NCBI GenBank assembly: GCA_015521325.1
Contig: WAOK01000001.1
Coordinates: 9,782 to 73,781 of the forward strand
DNA from: Desulfurococcales archaeon
GTDB taxonomy: Archaea > Thermoproteota > Thermoprotei_A > Sulfolobales > NBVN01
Direction: 5' to 3'
Length of the DNA stretch: 64,000 nucleotides
Shown: positions 32,052 through 42,166 of the stretch, piece by piece
How the letters are laid out: each line of letters starts with the position of its first letter
Position numbering within the stretch: position 1 is the stretch's first letter
Notes under the pieces: model-generated
The model's input: only the letters and a program-made list of their open reading frames with translations
What the model was told of the DNA's origin: nothing
The model's database searches: none
Translations under genes and position numbers: made by a program

Positions 32052-32848
32052 CTCTGGCGCTCCCTCTCGAAGCTGTACACCAGCCCGAGCTTCTTTGCGA
32101 GGGACTCAACACCCCTAAGGTATTCTCGCATGACCTTCTCCGCGGTCTTGTAGTCCGACGCCGTCACCTCGACCCTGTAACGCGGCGTGCCCACTGTGTA
32201 CACCCTGAGCTCTGTGCCGTCGAGCTTCAGCCTCTCCAAGGGCTTAATGAGGGTTTCCTTTATCCTGTCGACCCCGTCTGGCGCGGTTGATGTTAGGGTA
32301 ATTATCCCCCTTATCCTCACTTTCTTCGGCCTGATGTTCTTTCTTACCTGCTCAAGCAGGGGCTGGATCCACTCATCGGGGACGCCAGCCTCCCTTAGAG
32401 CCTCCTCGCCGCGAAATGCTGCTTCTTCGAGTCCTGCAAATATCTCTCCATAGTAGTCCTCCAGCTTCCACCCAACTTCCCTATACGCGTCGTCGAGAGT
32501 CTTGCCTATTCTCTTAGCCACTATCTCAAGGATCTTCTCGGCCCTGACAGCCCTCCTCCACTCAAGTATCTTCCTCCTCTGCTCCCCAGGGTTGACCTTC
32601 TTAAGAGAAACGTCGACATACCCCTTCCTCCTATCAACCCTGATTACCTTGACAACGACCCTCTGACCCTCCCTAACGAAGTCCCTAATGTCCCTCACCC
32701 ACCTCGTGCTTATCTCCGACCAAGGAAGGAACGCTTCATGACCCCCGTACTCGTCGAGGCTGAGGTAGGCGCCATAGTCCATTACCTCCTTGACAGTGCC
32801 CACAACGACCTCACCCACTCTCGGTAGTGGCTTCCTCTTCCGTACCAT
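32048..32848 (-). CDS. eif2a: translation initiation factor 2 subunit alpha (aIF2-alpha)
   Basis: N-terminal S1 domain LPRVGEVVVGTVKEVMDYGAYLSLDEYGGHEAFLPWSEIS. 266 aa. Conserved aIF2a-nop10 pairing. Confidence 0.9.
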   Translation of the reverse strand: MVRKRKPLPRVGEVVVGTVKEVMDYGAYLSLDEYGGHEAFLPWSEISTRWVRDIRDFVREGQRVVVKVIRVDRRKGYVDVSLKKVNPGEQRRKILEWRRAVRAEKILEIVAKRIGKTLDDAYREVGWKLEDYYGEIFAGLEEAAFRGEEALREAGVPDEWIQPLLEQVRKNIRPKKVRIRGIITLTSTAPDGVDRIKETLIKPLERLKLDGTELRVYTVGTPRYRVEVTASDYKTAEKVMREYLRGVESLAKKLGLVYSFERERQR

Positions 32849-32912
32849 ACCCTAACGCCTCCTATGTACTGTTTGCTGAGGTCTTAAGAAGTAGTGTGGT
32901 TTTGCTCGGGGG

Positions 32913-33113
32913 TTACCCGAAAATCTTCACTATCTCCCCGAGTATTTTTGCCTTACCGCCCGTCGGCTGCACTAACACGGTGCCGCAGGCCAGGCACCTC
33001 ACGGGGAACGTAGCGTGGTCGAATATTACCTGCTCGTGCCCGCAGGACGGGCACCTGACCTTAACGAACTTGGACTTCGGCATAGGTATTAGCTGCTTCC
33101 TCTTCTTGACCAT
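32913..33113 (-). CDS. rps27e: 30S ribosomal protein S27e
   Basis: 66 aa. [19 protein letters not shown]...[18 protein letters not shown]. Confidence 0.9.
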   Translation of the reverse strand: MVKKRKQLIPMPKSKFVKVRCPSCGHEQVIFDHATFPVRCLACGTVLVQPTGGKAKILGEIVKIFG

Positions 33114-33116
33114 AGC

Positions 33117-33407
33117 TCACACCTCCACCAGCTCGGCCTTCTTCAGCCTTATACCCTCACGATGAATTATGTATCCGCACTGAGTGCACTTAAGCTTAAG
33201 CACGACCTTCTTCGTCACCTTAGCGAACCTCTTCTGCTCAGGCTTCCTCTTACTGCCGTATCCCTTCTGCTTCGCCCTATACCTCCTCTCGCCCTGGGAC
33301 ATCGACCTTCTCTTTCCATGCTTATAAATCACTACAGTGTGCACTGTGTGCGTCTTACACCGAGGGCAATAGGTCCGTATGCGCTTAGGGATCCTCACCG
33401 CGACCAC
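33117..33407 (-). CDS. rpl44e: 50S ribosomal protein L44e
   Basis: 96 aa. YCPRCKTHTVHTV...GERRYRAKQKGYGSKRKP...KCTQCGY. Confidence 0.9.
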   Translation of the reverse strand: MVAVRIPKRIRTYCPRCKTHTVHTVVIYKHGKRRSMSQGERRYRAKQKGYGSKRKPEQKRFAKVTKKVVLKLKCTQCGYIIHREGIRLKKAELVEV

Positions 33408-33452
33408 CCAGGCTTCTATACCCCTTCAGCGGCAACCCCTATATATACTTCT

Positions 33453-33743
33453 TCAGTAGTACCTACTCAGCCTTCTCTTCCTCTCCTCCTCAGACCTCAC
33501 CTTAACAATCCCTAGGAAGACGGCGCAGCTGACACAGTAGCACTTCCTCACAGGATATCTAGCTATTATGGCGCCTTTCTTCTCCAGTTCCCTAGCTAGT
33601 TGAGGATCGACTGGCGAGTACCACCTCGTGACACATATAGCCTTATCGGCTGGGACCAACCTACCGCACTGGTCACACTGTATTGTCCTCACGGAGCCCT
33701 TACCGCCCTTATGGCGCCCTCTGTTCTCCCTCTTCTTAGGCAT
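33453..33743 (-). CDS. rps26e: 30S ribosomal protein S26e
   Basis: MPKKRENRGRHKGGKGSVRTIQCDQCGRLVPADKAI...CYCVSCAV. Confidence 0.85.
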   Translation of the reverse strand: MPKKRENRGRHKGGKGSVRTIQCDQCGRLVPADKAICVTRWYSPVDPQLARELEKKGAIIARYPVRKCYCVSCAVFLGIVKVRSEEERKRRLSRYY

Positions 33744-33847
33744 ACCGTTACCCCAGCCCTACGTAAGCACCGGATTAATTAATGGTTCGGTCAAGGGTGC
33801 TAGCTAAATGCTTAAATACCGGGCTAAGAGCAAATCACTCTGGCGGC

Positions 33848-33950
33848 GCCCCGGTAGTATAGCCCGGCCTAGTATGCGGGCCTGTCGAGGCCATGCGGGG
33901 CTTGCCGCAGGCAGCCCGTGACCCGGGTTCAAATCCCGGCCGGGGCGCCA
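33848..33950 (+). tRNA. tRNA-Asp (anticodon GTC) with 25-nt intron (33888-33912), CCA encoded
   Basis: Acceptor GCCCCGG/CCGGGGC, anticodon stem CGGGC/GCCCG, loop CTGTCG^intron^A, T arm CCGGG-TTCAAAT-CCCGG. The intron forms a canonical BHB. Confidence 0.85.
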
Positions 33951-34000
33951 CAACACCCCCTTATTTAAGGGTCAACAGGAGTAATTGGCTGGTGATAATC

Positions 34001-34408
34001 ATGAGCACCATGTACGCTGAACTCGGAGAACTGAAAGTAGGCAGTTTCATAGTTATTGATGGAGAGCCCTGCAGAATCGTCGAGATAACTAAGGCAAAAA
34101 CAGGGAAGCATGGAAGCGCCAAGGCGCACGTGGTCGCAATAGGCATATTCAGCGGCTCAAAAAAGACCCTCGTGGCCCCTGTGAGTCAGAGGGTTGAGGT
34201 ACCGATCATCGACAAGCGCACTGCCCAAGTCTTGGCGGTAATGGGTGACACGGTGCAGCTGATGGATATGGAGACGTATGAGACCTTCGAGGTAGAAATG
34301 CCAGAAGAGGAAGAGATCAGGAGCAAGCTTCAGCCAGGCGCCGAGGTCGAGTACTGGGAGGCAATGGGCAGAAGGAAGATTATGAGGGTACTTAAGGGAG
34401 CAGAATGA
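34001..34408 (+). CDS. eif5a: translation initiation factor 5A (aIF5A)
   Basis: [40 protein letters not shown] contains the hypusine-site loop TGKHG. Track ORF 33893.. runs through the tRNA, so ATG 34001 is used. Confidence 0.9.
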   Translation: MSTMYAELGELKVGSFIVIDGEPCRIVEITKAKTGKHGSAKAHVVAIGIFSGSKKTLVAPVSQRVEVPIIDKRTAQVLAVMGDTVQLMDMETYETFEVEMPEEEEIRSKLQPGAEVEYWEAMGRRKIMRVLKGAE

Positions 34409-35751
34409 AGGGCCTCGAAAAGCTTAGGGCAGCAGTATCCAAGTTTTTGGGTGGTAGCGGCCCCTACGAGAGGGCTGTCCAGGAATTTATTAAGGAGCTA
34501 CAGAAGACCCTCATAAAAGCCGACGTTAACGTCCGCGTAGTCCTCGACCTAACTAAGAAGATAAAGGAAAGGGCCCTCAAGAGCGAGCCACCCCCCGGGA
34601 TGCTGAGGAGGGAGTGGTTCATCAAGATCGTGTATGATTCTCTCGTGGAACTCTTCGGCGGTGAGGAGAGACCCTCCGTAACGCCCCCGAAGCAGCCCTG
34701 GAAGATAATGCTTGTCGGCATCCAGGGCTCTGGAAAGACGACTACAGCCGGTAAGCTCGCATACTTCTACAAGAGGCTCGGTTACAGACCTTGCCTCATG
34801 ACCACCGACACATATAGACCAGCCGCCTACGACCAGCTGAGACAGTTGGCAGAGAAGATAGGGGTGCCATTCTTCGGCGACCCTAATAGCAAGGACGCAG
34901 TTGACATCGCCCGGAGGGGGCTGGAGTACTTCCGGGGCAAGGGATGCAACATACTCATCGTCGATACCGCAGGCCGGCACGGCTACGGTGAGGAGGAGGC
35001 GCTCCTTAAGGAAATGGAGGATCTCGCCGATGTAATCAGGCCGGACGAGGTCATCATGGTCATAGATGCCTACATGGGCCAGAAGGCATACGACCTCGCC
35101 AAGAAGTTCCATGAGAGGACGCCCATAGGCTCCATAATAATAACGAAGCTTGACGGCACGGCAAAGGGCGGCGGCGCCATATCGGCGGTTGCGGCCACAG
35201 GCGCCAGGATAAAGTTCGTTGGTGAGGGAGAGAAGCTCGACGAGCTAGAGCCGTTCGACGCTAGGAAATTCGTCTCTAGGTTGCTCGGCCTAGGGGACCT
35301 GGAGACTCTTCTGGAGAAGTTCAAGGCGCTTGAAGAGAGCAAGGAGCTCGAGAAGCGGATGGCCAGGGCAATAACCACCGGCCAGCTCACCCTTAGGGAC
35401 GTGTACGCGCAGATAGTATCCTTGAAAAAGATGGGGCCTCTGAGGAAGGTACTCCAGATGATCCCCGGACTTTCCTGGCTTACCCTCGACGATGAGCAGC
35501 TGCGCGTATCCGAGGAGAGGATGGACAAGTGGCTGCATATAATGGACTCAATGACATATGAGGAGCTGGACCGCCCCTCCATAATCAATAGGTCGAGGAT
35601 GAGGAGGATAGCGCTCGGTTCTGGGACGAGTGTGGAGGACGTTAAGGAACTCCTCAAGTATTATGAGAACATGAAGAGAATGATGAAGCAGTTAAAGAGG
35701 AGGCGCGGCATACTAAGGAAGTTTGGGATCGGGAGTGAGGGACTCGCCTAA
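34405..35751 (+). CDS. srp54: signal recognition particle protein SRP54
   Basis: [33 protein letters not shown] GTPase motifs plus a Met-rich M domain. Confidence 0.95.
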   Translation: MKGLEKLRAAVSKFLGGSGPYERAVQEFIKELQKTLIKADVNVRVVLDLTKKIKERALKSEPPPGMLRREWFIKIVYDSLVELFGGEERPSVTPPKQPWKIMLVGIQGSGKTTTAGKLAYFYKRLGYRPCLMTTDTYRPAAYDQLRQLAEKIGVPFFGDPNSKDAVDIARRGLEYFRGKGCNILIVDTAGRHGYGEEEALLKEMEDLADVIRPDEVIMVIDAYMGQKAYDLAKKFHERTPIGSIIITKLDGTAKGGGAISAVAATGARIKFVGEGEKLDELEPFDARKFVSRLLGLGDLETLLEKFKALEESKELEKRMARAITTGQLTLRDVYAQIVSLKKMGPLRKVLQMIPGLSWLTLDDEQLRVSEERMDKWLHIMDSMTYEELDRPSIINRSRMRRIALGSGTSVEDVKELLKYYENMKRMMKQLKRRRGILRKFGIGSEGLA

Positions 35752-37036
35752 GACCTCGGTGTTTTCTGGCGAGGTGTTGGCGAACGCCGAGCGGGTGCTG
35801 CGGAGGTTCCCGCTCTGCGATAGGTGCCTGGGCAGGTTATTCGCTAGGTACGGCTACGCAATGAGTAACTTAAGCAGGGGGAGAGCGATAAAGACGGCCC
35901 TCGCCATGGCTTACCACCCCCTAGTGGAGAGGGGGGAGGAGGGAGCGAGGGATGCCCTGGCAGAGCTCGCGAGAAATGCTGGCTACCCCCTAACTGAATT
36001 GGCGAGGTACTACGGCATAGGTGTAGAGAAAAGACCTTGCTACATATGCGGCAACAGGATAGAGTTCATAATCCCTGACCTTGTGAAGAAGGCTGCAGAG
36101 AGGTTAAAGGGCATCGAGTTCTCCTCGCTCGTCGTCGGTGTCAAGCAGGGCTCGTTGATTGAGATGAGGGAGAGGGAGGTGATCGAGTATCTCAACACCG
36201 ACTCGTGGGAGGAGGTTAGGAGGGAGGTAAGGAGGGAGGTTGGGAAGGCGCTTCAGAGACTCACCGGGGTACCGGCTGAGTTCCGCGAGCCCGACGTGGT
36301 GGTGCTTCTTGACCTAGACAAGCAGGATGTCGAGGTCCTGCCTCAGCCCGTGTATGTGAGGGGCAGGTATGTTAAAGGAGGCAGGATGATATCCCAGCTC
36401 CCATGGATCACGAGGGAGGGCTTGCTCAAGTACAGCAGGAACATAACGGATGCGGTGAGGAAGGTGCTGATGCCGTTGTTCTACGGCGATGACGTAGTCC
36501 TTCATGCCGCTGGCAGGGAGGATGCCGACGCCAGAATGCTGGGGTGGGGTCGACCATTCATAGCGGAGATCACTAGTCCCCGGAGACGGAGGCCCGCCCT
36601 CCCTGAGAGGGCTGGTGAGTACCCGTGGATAGTGCTCTCCTTTGAGGGATTAGCTAGGCACTCGGACGTCACTCGCGTGAAGACGTCTAGGCCTATGAAG
36701 GCGTACAGGGTCATTGCACTGGTTCACGGCGGTGTATCTGAGGAGGACGTGAAGGAGGTTGAGGAGAGGTTAAAGGGTACAGTTGTGAAGCAGCTTACTC
36801 CCAAGAGGGTTCTCAGAAGGAAGAAGGAGTACCTGCGTGAGAGGAGGGTTGTTAACATTAGGGGGAGGGTGCTGGGAGGTTACGTAGCCGAGTTCTTCTT
36901 GGTTGTCGAGAGCGGGCTCTATGTCAAGGAGCTGTTCCACGGTGACGAGGGGCGCACGGAGCCGTCTGTTGCGTCGATTCTTGGGAGAGAGGTTGAGGTA
37001 CTGTTCCTCGATGTGCTTGAGGTTCTTGGTGAGTAG
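35723..37036 (+). CDS. pus10: tRNA pseudouridine(54/55) synthase Pus10
   Basis: N-terminal zinc module LCDRCLGRLFA...CYICGN, THUMP-like middle, C-terminal catalytic region (..HAAGREDADARMLG..). ~430 aa. Confidence 0.8.
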   Translation: MGSGVRDSPKTSVFSGEVLANAERVLRRFPLCDRCLGRLFARYGYAMSNLSRGRAIKTALAMAYHPLVERGEEGARDALAELARNAGYPLTELARYYGIGVEKRPCYICGNRIEFIIPDLVKKAAERLKGIEFSSLVVGVKQGSLIEMREREVIEYLNTDSWEEVRREVRREVGKALQRLTGVPAEFREPDVVVLLDLDKQDVEVLPQPVYVRGRYVKGGRMISQLPWITREGLLKYSRNITDAVRKVLMPLFYGDDVVLHAAGREDADARMLGWGRPFIAEITSPRRRRPALPERAGEYPWIVLSFEGLARHSDVTRVKTSRPMKAYRVIALVHGGVSEEDVKEVEERLKGTVVKQLTPKRVLRRKKEYLRERRVVNIRGRVLGGYVAEFFLVVESGLYVKELFHGDEGRTEPSVASILGREVEVLFLDVLEVLGE

Positions 37037-37087
37037 GGGCAATAGTATTTATAGCGGGACGTTAACGAATACGGCTAGGTGCGGAAG

Positions 37088-37387
37088 ATGGTGAAGGCCC
37101 CGAGAGGCTATAGGAACAGGACGAGGAAGGTGCTGAGGAAGCATATCCGTGAGAGGGGCGCTATCCCGCCGCTAAGCCTGATAATGATTGAGTACAAGCC
37201 GGGGGATAAGGTCTACATAAAGCCGAACCCCGCAATACACGAGGGTATGCCCCACAGGCGCTACGTAGGGAAGGTGGGCACTGTCATAGGTAAGAGGGGC
37301 AGGGCATATATCGTGGAGGTTTACCTCGGCAGAAAGAGGAAGGAGTTGATCGTGCTGCCCGAGCACCTGCGGCCAGCTAAGACATAA
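37088..37387 (+). CDS. rpl21e: 50S ribosomal protein L21e
   Basis: MVKAPRGYRNRTRKVLRKH...GDKVYIKPNPAIHEGMPHRRYVGKVGTV. Confidence 0.9.
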   Translation: MVKAPRGYRNRTRKVLRKHIRERGAIPPLSLIMIEYKPGDKVYIKPNPAIHEGMPHRRYVGKVGTVIGKRGRAYIVEVYLGRKRKELIVLPEHLRPAKT

Positions 37388-37423
37388 CATCCCGTAATAG
37401 AGAATTTTATTTGGTGAGAGGAG

Positions 37424-37759
37424 GTGACTGAGGTTCTCAGCTCCAAGGACGTAACATACGCTGAGGTTCTCCGGATAATCGAGGCGATCGAGAAAGAGTA
37501 TGGCGAGCTCGACAGAATAACACTGCAGGTGCGTGAGTATCTGAAGAACTTCACCAAATGCGATAAGGCCGACGAGTTAGCCGAGAGGCTCATAACCGAG
37601 ACGGGGCTCTCTAGACCCACAGCAGTTGTGGTGGCTAACATACTCCCGACGGACAAGACGGAGCTTAGAGTAATTCTTACACTAGAGAAAGGGAAAACCT
37701 TCAAAGAGGACGACCTCGATAAGATACTTGGTATAGTCTCGGAAGTCTGCCCCCAGTAA
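37424..37759 (+). CDS. rpo4: DNA-directed RNA polymerase subunit Rpo4 (RpoF)
   Basis: 111 aa. Conserved L21e-RpoF-DUF655 gene order. Helical pattern ..YAEVLRII....LQVREYLKNF...A..L......LSRPTAVVVANILP. Confidence 0.75.
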   Translation: MTEVLSSKDVTYAEVLRIIEAIEKEYGELDRITLQVREYLKNFTKCDKADELAERLITETGLSRPTAVVVANILPTDKTELRVILTLEKGKTFKEDDLDKILGIVSEVCPQ

Positions 37760-37789
37760 CCACAGTGTTAAGGATGAGGTAAAGGCGCC

Positions 37790-38458
37790 ATGTCCGCATC
37801 CTACGACGACCTGAGGAGACGTTACTTTAGACTACTTCGTAGGGAGGACTATGCCATAGTTCTTGATTACAAGCCGCAGGGCAACCCCTTCGACAGGCAC
37901 CGCAGGCACAGGAACAGACCGATAGCGCAGGCGATAGGGACGAGGTACTTTACCTTAATGGAGTTTTATCCCGTCCCTGGCGTCGACCTCAGGCCCCTCG
38001 AAAAGGTGTACATGGGCTTCAGGCTCAAGGAACTGAGGGACAAGGTCGAGTACGTATGCGACGACCCAGTGACATATAAGGACTTAACAGACTACGCTAA
38101 GGGCATACTACCGGAGGCAGTCAAGAAGATCGTCACCGAGAACGAACGTGTTTTCGTCGAGTTCTTTAACATCGCTCAGCCCATTAGCGTAAGGCTCCAC
38201 ACCCTCGAGCTCCTTCCCGGGATAGGGAAGAAGAAGCTGTGGAAAATTCTCGAGGAGAGGGAGAAAGAGCCCTTCAAATCGTTTGAGGACATAAAGAACA
38301 GGACTCACATAGACCCTGTCAAGCTCCTCGTTGAGAGAATAGTTAAGGAGATAGAGGGCGAGGAGAGGTACTACCTCTTCATAATCCCCTTAACACCTCC
38401 CTTGAGCGCCAGAATACTGAACTATCTCGACATAATCTATAAGAGGCTCGGCTACTGA
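37790..38458 (+). CDS. DUF655 family putative nucleic-acid-binding protein
   Basis: YAIVLDYKPQGNP..., ERVFVEFFNIAQPISVRLHTLELLPGIGKK (HhH-like). Conserved position after rpoF. Confidence 0.7.
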   Translation: MSASYDDLRRRYFRLLRREDYAIVLDYKPQGNPFDRHRRHRNRPIAQAIGTRYFTLMEFYPVPGVDLRPLEKVYMGFRLKELRDKVEYVCDDPVTYKDLTDYAKGILPEAVKKIVTENERVFVEFFNIAQPISVRLHTLELLPGIGKKKLWKILEEREKEPFKSFEDIKNRTHIDPVKLLVERIVKEIEGEERYYLFIIPLTPPLSARILNYLDIIYKRLGY

Positions 38459-38461
38459 CCG

Positions 38462-39181
38462 GTGAGGGAATTGCTAAAGATTAGGCTAGTGTTAGTCGGC
38501 ATTGAAGGAAAAATTAACATGGGCTTTATCGTCCGGCTGGCAGAGAACTTCGGTGTCGAGGACATCTGCGTTGTCTCTCCCGAGTTCAGTATCGATGACC
38601 CCGAGGTGAGGGAGTTTGCTGCTGGGGGAGCGAAGGCATTGAGCAGGGTCAGGGTTGAGGACTCGCTAAGCAATTGCCTGAGCGGAGCGAGCCTAAGCAT
38701 ATGCACGACCGCTAAGACGTCTGGCGAGGATGTGCTAAGGATCTCCGTCCCATCGGATATGGTGAAGTATATACTCCCGGAAAGCGGCATCGTGGCACTG
38801 GTCTTCGGGAGGGAGTCAGTTGGCCTGACGCGTGAAGAACTCAGCAAATGCGACGTAGTTTCGACCATTGATACGGGTACAGAGTACCCGACAATGAACC
38901 TCAGCCACGCCGTCGGGATTTACCTCTACGAAGTAGCCAGGGCAGACCACCGGAGGCTCACCATAGGCGATTACTGCCCCAGGAACGTGATGGACGCAAT
39001 GTATAGGGAGATCAACTCATTCTGTGCGGACTTAGCTGATGAGAGAGCGTGTATCGCCCTAAAGCGGGCGCTGGCCAGGGCCAGGCCCAGCAAAAGTGAG
39101 TGTGGTGCTCTCTACAAGCTCTTCAAGAAGGTTAGGCACAGGCTAAGCGAATGCTCCCAAATAATGTTCGTCGACGACTAG
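38462..39181 (+). CDS. SpoU/TrmH-family RNA 2'-O-methyltransferase (TrmJ-like)
   Basis: LVLVGIEGKINMGFIVRLAENFG, ALVFGRESVGLTREEL, TMNLSHAVGIYLYE trefoil-knot motifs. Confidence 0.7.
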   Translation: MRELLKIRLVLVGIEGKINMGFIVRLAENFGVEDICVVSPEFSIDDPEVREFAAGGAKALSRVRVEDSLSNCLSGASLSICTTAKTSGEDVLRISVPSDMVKYILPESGIVALVFGRESVGLTREELSKCDVVSTIDTGTEYPTMNLSHAVGIYLYEVARADHRRLTIGDYCPRNVMDAMYREINSFCADLADERACIALKRALARARPSKSECGALYKLFKKVRHRLSECSQIMFVDD

Positions 39182-39237
39182 CTGGTGCGGCAACCCTTAA
39201 ATAACGGGAGTGTTACCATAGACCAGGTGCGGAGAGT

Positions 39238-39744
39238 ATGCCCCTGAGGCCTGCCAGGTGCTACAAGGAGCTGAAGAAGCCGCCCTATACGAGGAAGGAG
39301 TACATCAAGGGTGTCCCGGGGCCCAAGATCGTTAAGTTCGTGATGGGCGAGCCCAACAACGTGTATGAGGTCTCGGTACAGCTCATAGCCCTGGAGAACG
39401 CCCAGATCAGGCACAACGCCCTCGAGGCCGGGAGGGTTCAGACACACAAGTACCTGGCAAACACCGTAGGCGAGCAGCGCTACGTCTTCATAATCAGGCA
39501 GTACCCCCACCATGTGCTGAGGGAGAACAAGATGATGGCCTTCGCCGGGGCCGACAGGCTGCAGGACGGGATGAGACAGGCATTCGGCAAGCCCGTAGGC
39601 AGGGCTGCTAGGGTCCGGATGGGTAAGGTTATCGCTGAGGTGAGGACGTACAGAGACGCTATAGAGCATGCTAAGGAAGCGCTCAGGCGCTTCGCCTCCA
39701 AGCTCGGCATGGAGACCAGGATAGTTGTTAAGGAGTTAAAGTGA
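39238..39744 (+). CDS. rpl10e: 50S ribosomal protein L10e (uL16)
   Basis: [31 protein letters not shown]..., ...[15 protein letters not shown]. Confidence 0.9.
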   Translation: MPLRPARCYKELKKPPYTRKEYIKGVPGPKIVKFVMGEPNNVYEVSVQLIALENAQIRHNALEAGRVQTHKYLANTVGEQRYVFIIRQYPHHVLRENKMMAFAGADRLQDGMRQAFGKPVGRAARVRMGKVIAEVRTYRDAIEHAKEALRRFASKLGMETRIVVKELK

Positions 39745-39751
39745 TCAAGTT

Positions 39752-40762
39752 TTGCCGGAGAGCATAGAAGAATTCTACGTAATTGACTGGGACACTATAA
39801 AGAGAGCCCTGTCCAGGACCGAGAGGGCCAAGGTCCTCGTCCAGGTTCCCGAAGGCCTTAAGCCTTACGCACCCGAGATCGCTGAGAGGATCAGCACGTT
39901 CGCCCCCGACGCAGAGGTGGTAATCGACCTGAACCCTGTCTATGGTTCCTGCATGATAATGCCGGAATACTTCCGGGACTATGAAGTAATAGTGCACCTT
40001 GGGCACGACCCCTACCCCTTATGGAGCAGCCCTAGAAACGTCGTCTACGTTGGCCTGAGGAGCAGGTTCATGATCAGCGAGGATGTTGTAAGGGAACTAG
40101 GCAATATAGTTAGGAGTGAGTACGGGCCAAGGGTGGCCATCTACACCACGCACCAACACTTCCACGACGTAGAAAGGGTGGCGTCATTACTCAGGAGGGC
40201 GGGTGTTACGGTGGTTAACGACCTCAGGTACTCAGTCATCACGGGGTGCTGGTTCAGCGACCTCGACAGAGCGGTGAGTGAAGGCGTTGACGCCCTCATA
40301 GCGTACGCGGGTGGTCGATTCCATGCCCTCGGCATGGGCCTGAGAACAGGTGGCAAGGTACCTGTTCTCAGGCTCGATCCCTACAGGAACAGGGCCGAGG
40401 ACTTCACCCCGGAAGTGCTTAAGGTACTTAAGCTCAGGTACGGGAAGATACGCACAACTCTAGACGCCGAAATATTCATGATAATCGACGGTGTCTCGGG
40501 CCAGCATCGCCCTAACCTAGTTGCGCTGGTGACGAGTTCACTCAAGGAAATAGGTGCGAGCGTATTCACTGGGAGAGCATTCATTCTTAATATTGAGACC
40601 CTCCGGAATCTCGACTCCTCGAAGATCGACGCATACGTAATCACCTCATGCCCTAGGCTAGCAATCGAGGACCTGGCGAATTTCCACAAGCCCGTCCTTA
40701 CCCCTGGAGAAGCGCTCATGGTCGCCAGGAGATTCCTCGGGAGGTATGTCTTCCCGTGGTGA
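39752..40762 (+). CDS. dph2: diphthamide synthesis radical-SAM enzyme Dph2 (2-(3-amino-3-carboxypropyl)histidine synthase)
   Basis: ~335 aa. VLVQVPEGLK...NPVYGSC...HLGHD pattern of archaeal Dph2. Confidence 0.75.
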   Translation: MPESIEEFYVIDWDTIKRALSRTERAKVLVQVPEGLKPYAPEIAERISTFAPDAEVVIDLNPVYGSCMIMPEYFRDYEVIVHLGHDPYPLWSSPRNVVYVGLRSRFMISEDVVRELGNIVRSEYGPRVAIYTTHQHFHDVERVASLLRRAGVTVVNDLRYSVITGCWFSDLDRAVSEGVDALIAYAGGRFHALGMGLRTGGKVPVLRLDPYRNRAEDFTPEVLKVLKLRYGKIRTTLDAEIFMIIDGVSGQHRPNLVALVTSSLKEIGASVFTGRAFILNIETLRNLDSSKIDAYVITSCPRLAIEDLANFHKPVLTPGEALMVARRFLGRYVFPW

Positions 40763-41382
40763 GCAGGAAGAAGTGGCTCTCCGCGAGGCTCTCAGCGGTA
40801 CCGGAGATACCTAATCCGAGCGAGTACTTGGAGCAGTACACGACCCCACCCGAAATAGCCGCTGATTTCGTCTGGGAGGCCTTCATGAGGGGGGATATCG
40901 AGGGCAGACACACTGTTGACCTGGGGTGTGGGACAGGGCGTCTTACGGCGGCATCACTCATCCTCGGGGCTTCGAGGGCCACATGCGTCGACGTAGACAG
41001 GGAGGCTGTGAGGGTGGCCAGGGAATGGCTCACCGAGAACGTCAGCGGCATCACTGAGTTCCTGGTGAGTGACGTCGTTGAGGCCCTCCCCCTTAGGTTC
41101 ATCGGCGACTGCACGGTCATAATGAACCCGCCTTTCGGTGTGTGGCGAGGGGGCGCGGATGCAGCGTTCCTAAGGGCTGCGGCATCTATCTGCGACACCA
41201 TCTACTCAATGCATAAGTACGTCCCCGAGAGCGTGGCATATCTCTCAAGGCTGATGAGGGATCGGGGGTTTGGGTGTGAGATTGTGAAGGTAATTAATTT
41301 CCCTATAAGGTGGTTCCTAGAAAGGCATCGAAGCAAGGTGAGGTACGTGAAAGTCGCTTACTTCAGGTGCCTTAGTCGCTAG
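40756..41382 (+). CDS. METTL5-like N6-adenine methyltransferase (NPPF motif)
   Basis: LEQYTTPPEIAA, VDLGCGTGRL (SAM), VIMNPPFG catalytic motif. Confidence 0.65.
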   Translation: MVSRKKWLSARLSAVPEIPNPSEYLEQYTTPPEIAADFVWEAFMRGDIEGRHTVDLGCGTGRLTAASLILGASRATCVDVDREAVRVAREWLTENVSGITEFLVSDVVEALPLRFIGDCTVIMNPPFGVWRGGADAAFLRAAASICDTIYSMHKYVPESVAYLSRLMRDRGFGCEIVKVINFPIRWFLERHRSKVRYVKVAYFRCLSR

Positions 41383-41762
41383 CTTATTAATGAGATCGCT
41401 TGAGCAAGGAGCTCTTTCCGAAGCTTCTCGTCGCTTACGTTCTGTGCTAGGAGCACGGTGACGAGTGCCCTTATCATGTTCGTCATGTTATCTAGTTTCT
41501 CGTTCAGGTTTCTTACCTCCATGTTGAGTGAGTTTATGTCTGCCTGTATGTGGGTCATGGAGTGAGCTATGGCGTTGAGTATGAGGGCGGTGAAGTCCTC
41601 CCCGCTCTCGTATTCGACGTGCTCGTGCTCATGCTCGTGTACATGCTCATGTTCGTGGGCTATCTCTGGCTCGTGTTCGTGTATCTCCCTCTCGACCTCG
41701 GCGTAGTCCTCCTCTTTCTTGGGCAAAGTAGAGAGTCTCCTTATGGGCATTCCTTCCACCAC
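41379..41762 (-). CDS. hypothetical protein with (His-Glu)n repeat and C-terminal coiled-coil-like region
   Basis: 127 aa. EREIHEHEPEIAHEHEHVHEHEHEHVEYESGED followed by a heptad-like NSLNMEVRNLNEKLDNMTNMIRAL. Confidence 0.5.
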   Translation of the reverse strand: MVEGMPIRRLSTLPKKEEDYAEVEREIHEHEPEIAHEHEHVHEHEHEHVEYESGEDFTALILNAIAHSMTHIQADINSLNMEVRNLNEKLDNMTNMIRALVTVLLAQNVSDEKLRKELLAQAISLIS

Positions 41763-41818
41763 CTCTCATTAGTTTTGGCCGGTTCTTAAATGGAAGGGAT
41801 CAGCGTCTGGTGTTTATC

Positions 41819-42154
41819 TCATCCCTCGGCGTGGTCGAGGTCGTAGGTAATGCCACTCATCATCTCTTCTGTACCTATCACTAGGGTCTTGCCCCACTTA
41901 CTATAAGCGTTCAGCACCAGAAGTATCCTGCTCACCCTCGGATACTCCATGCACTCTGTCTCGACGACGCGCCCATCCTCAAGCTTTGCAACGATTTTCG
42001 ACTTCCTCATTGTTTTTGTTCTCTCGCAGTCCACCACCCTAAACTCCTTTACGAACCCGTTGAGCGCCAGCCCCTCAAGGTCGAGGCCGGAGATCCTTTC
42101 AGGCTCTTGCGACATACTTCTCCGCCAGTGATCAACATTAAACGAGTCAAACAT
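41819..42154 (-). CDS. hypothetical protein (111 aa)
   Basis: Only long ORF in this gap. Co-directional with 41379..41762. No motif recognised. Confidence 0.4.
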   Translation of the reverse strand: MFDSFNVDHWRRSMSQEPERISGLDLEGLALNGFVKEFRVVDCERTKTMRKSKIVAKLEDGRVVETECMEYPRVSRILLVLNAYSKWGKTLVIGTEEMMSGITYDLDHAEG

Positions 42155-42166
42155 TAATGTATTGCC

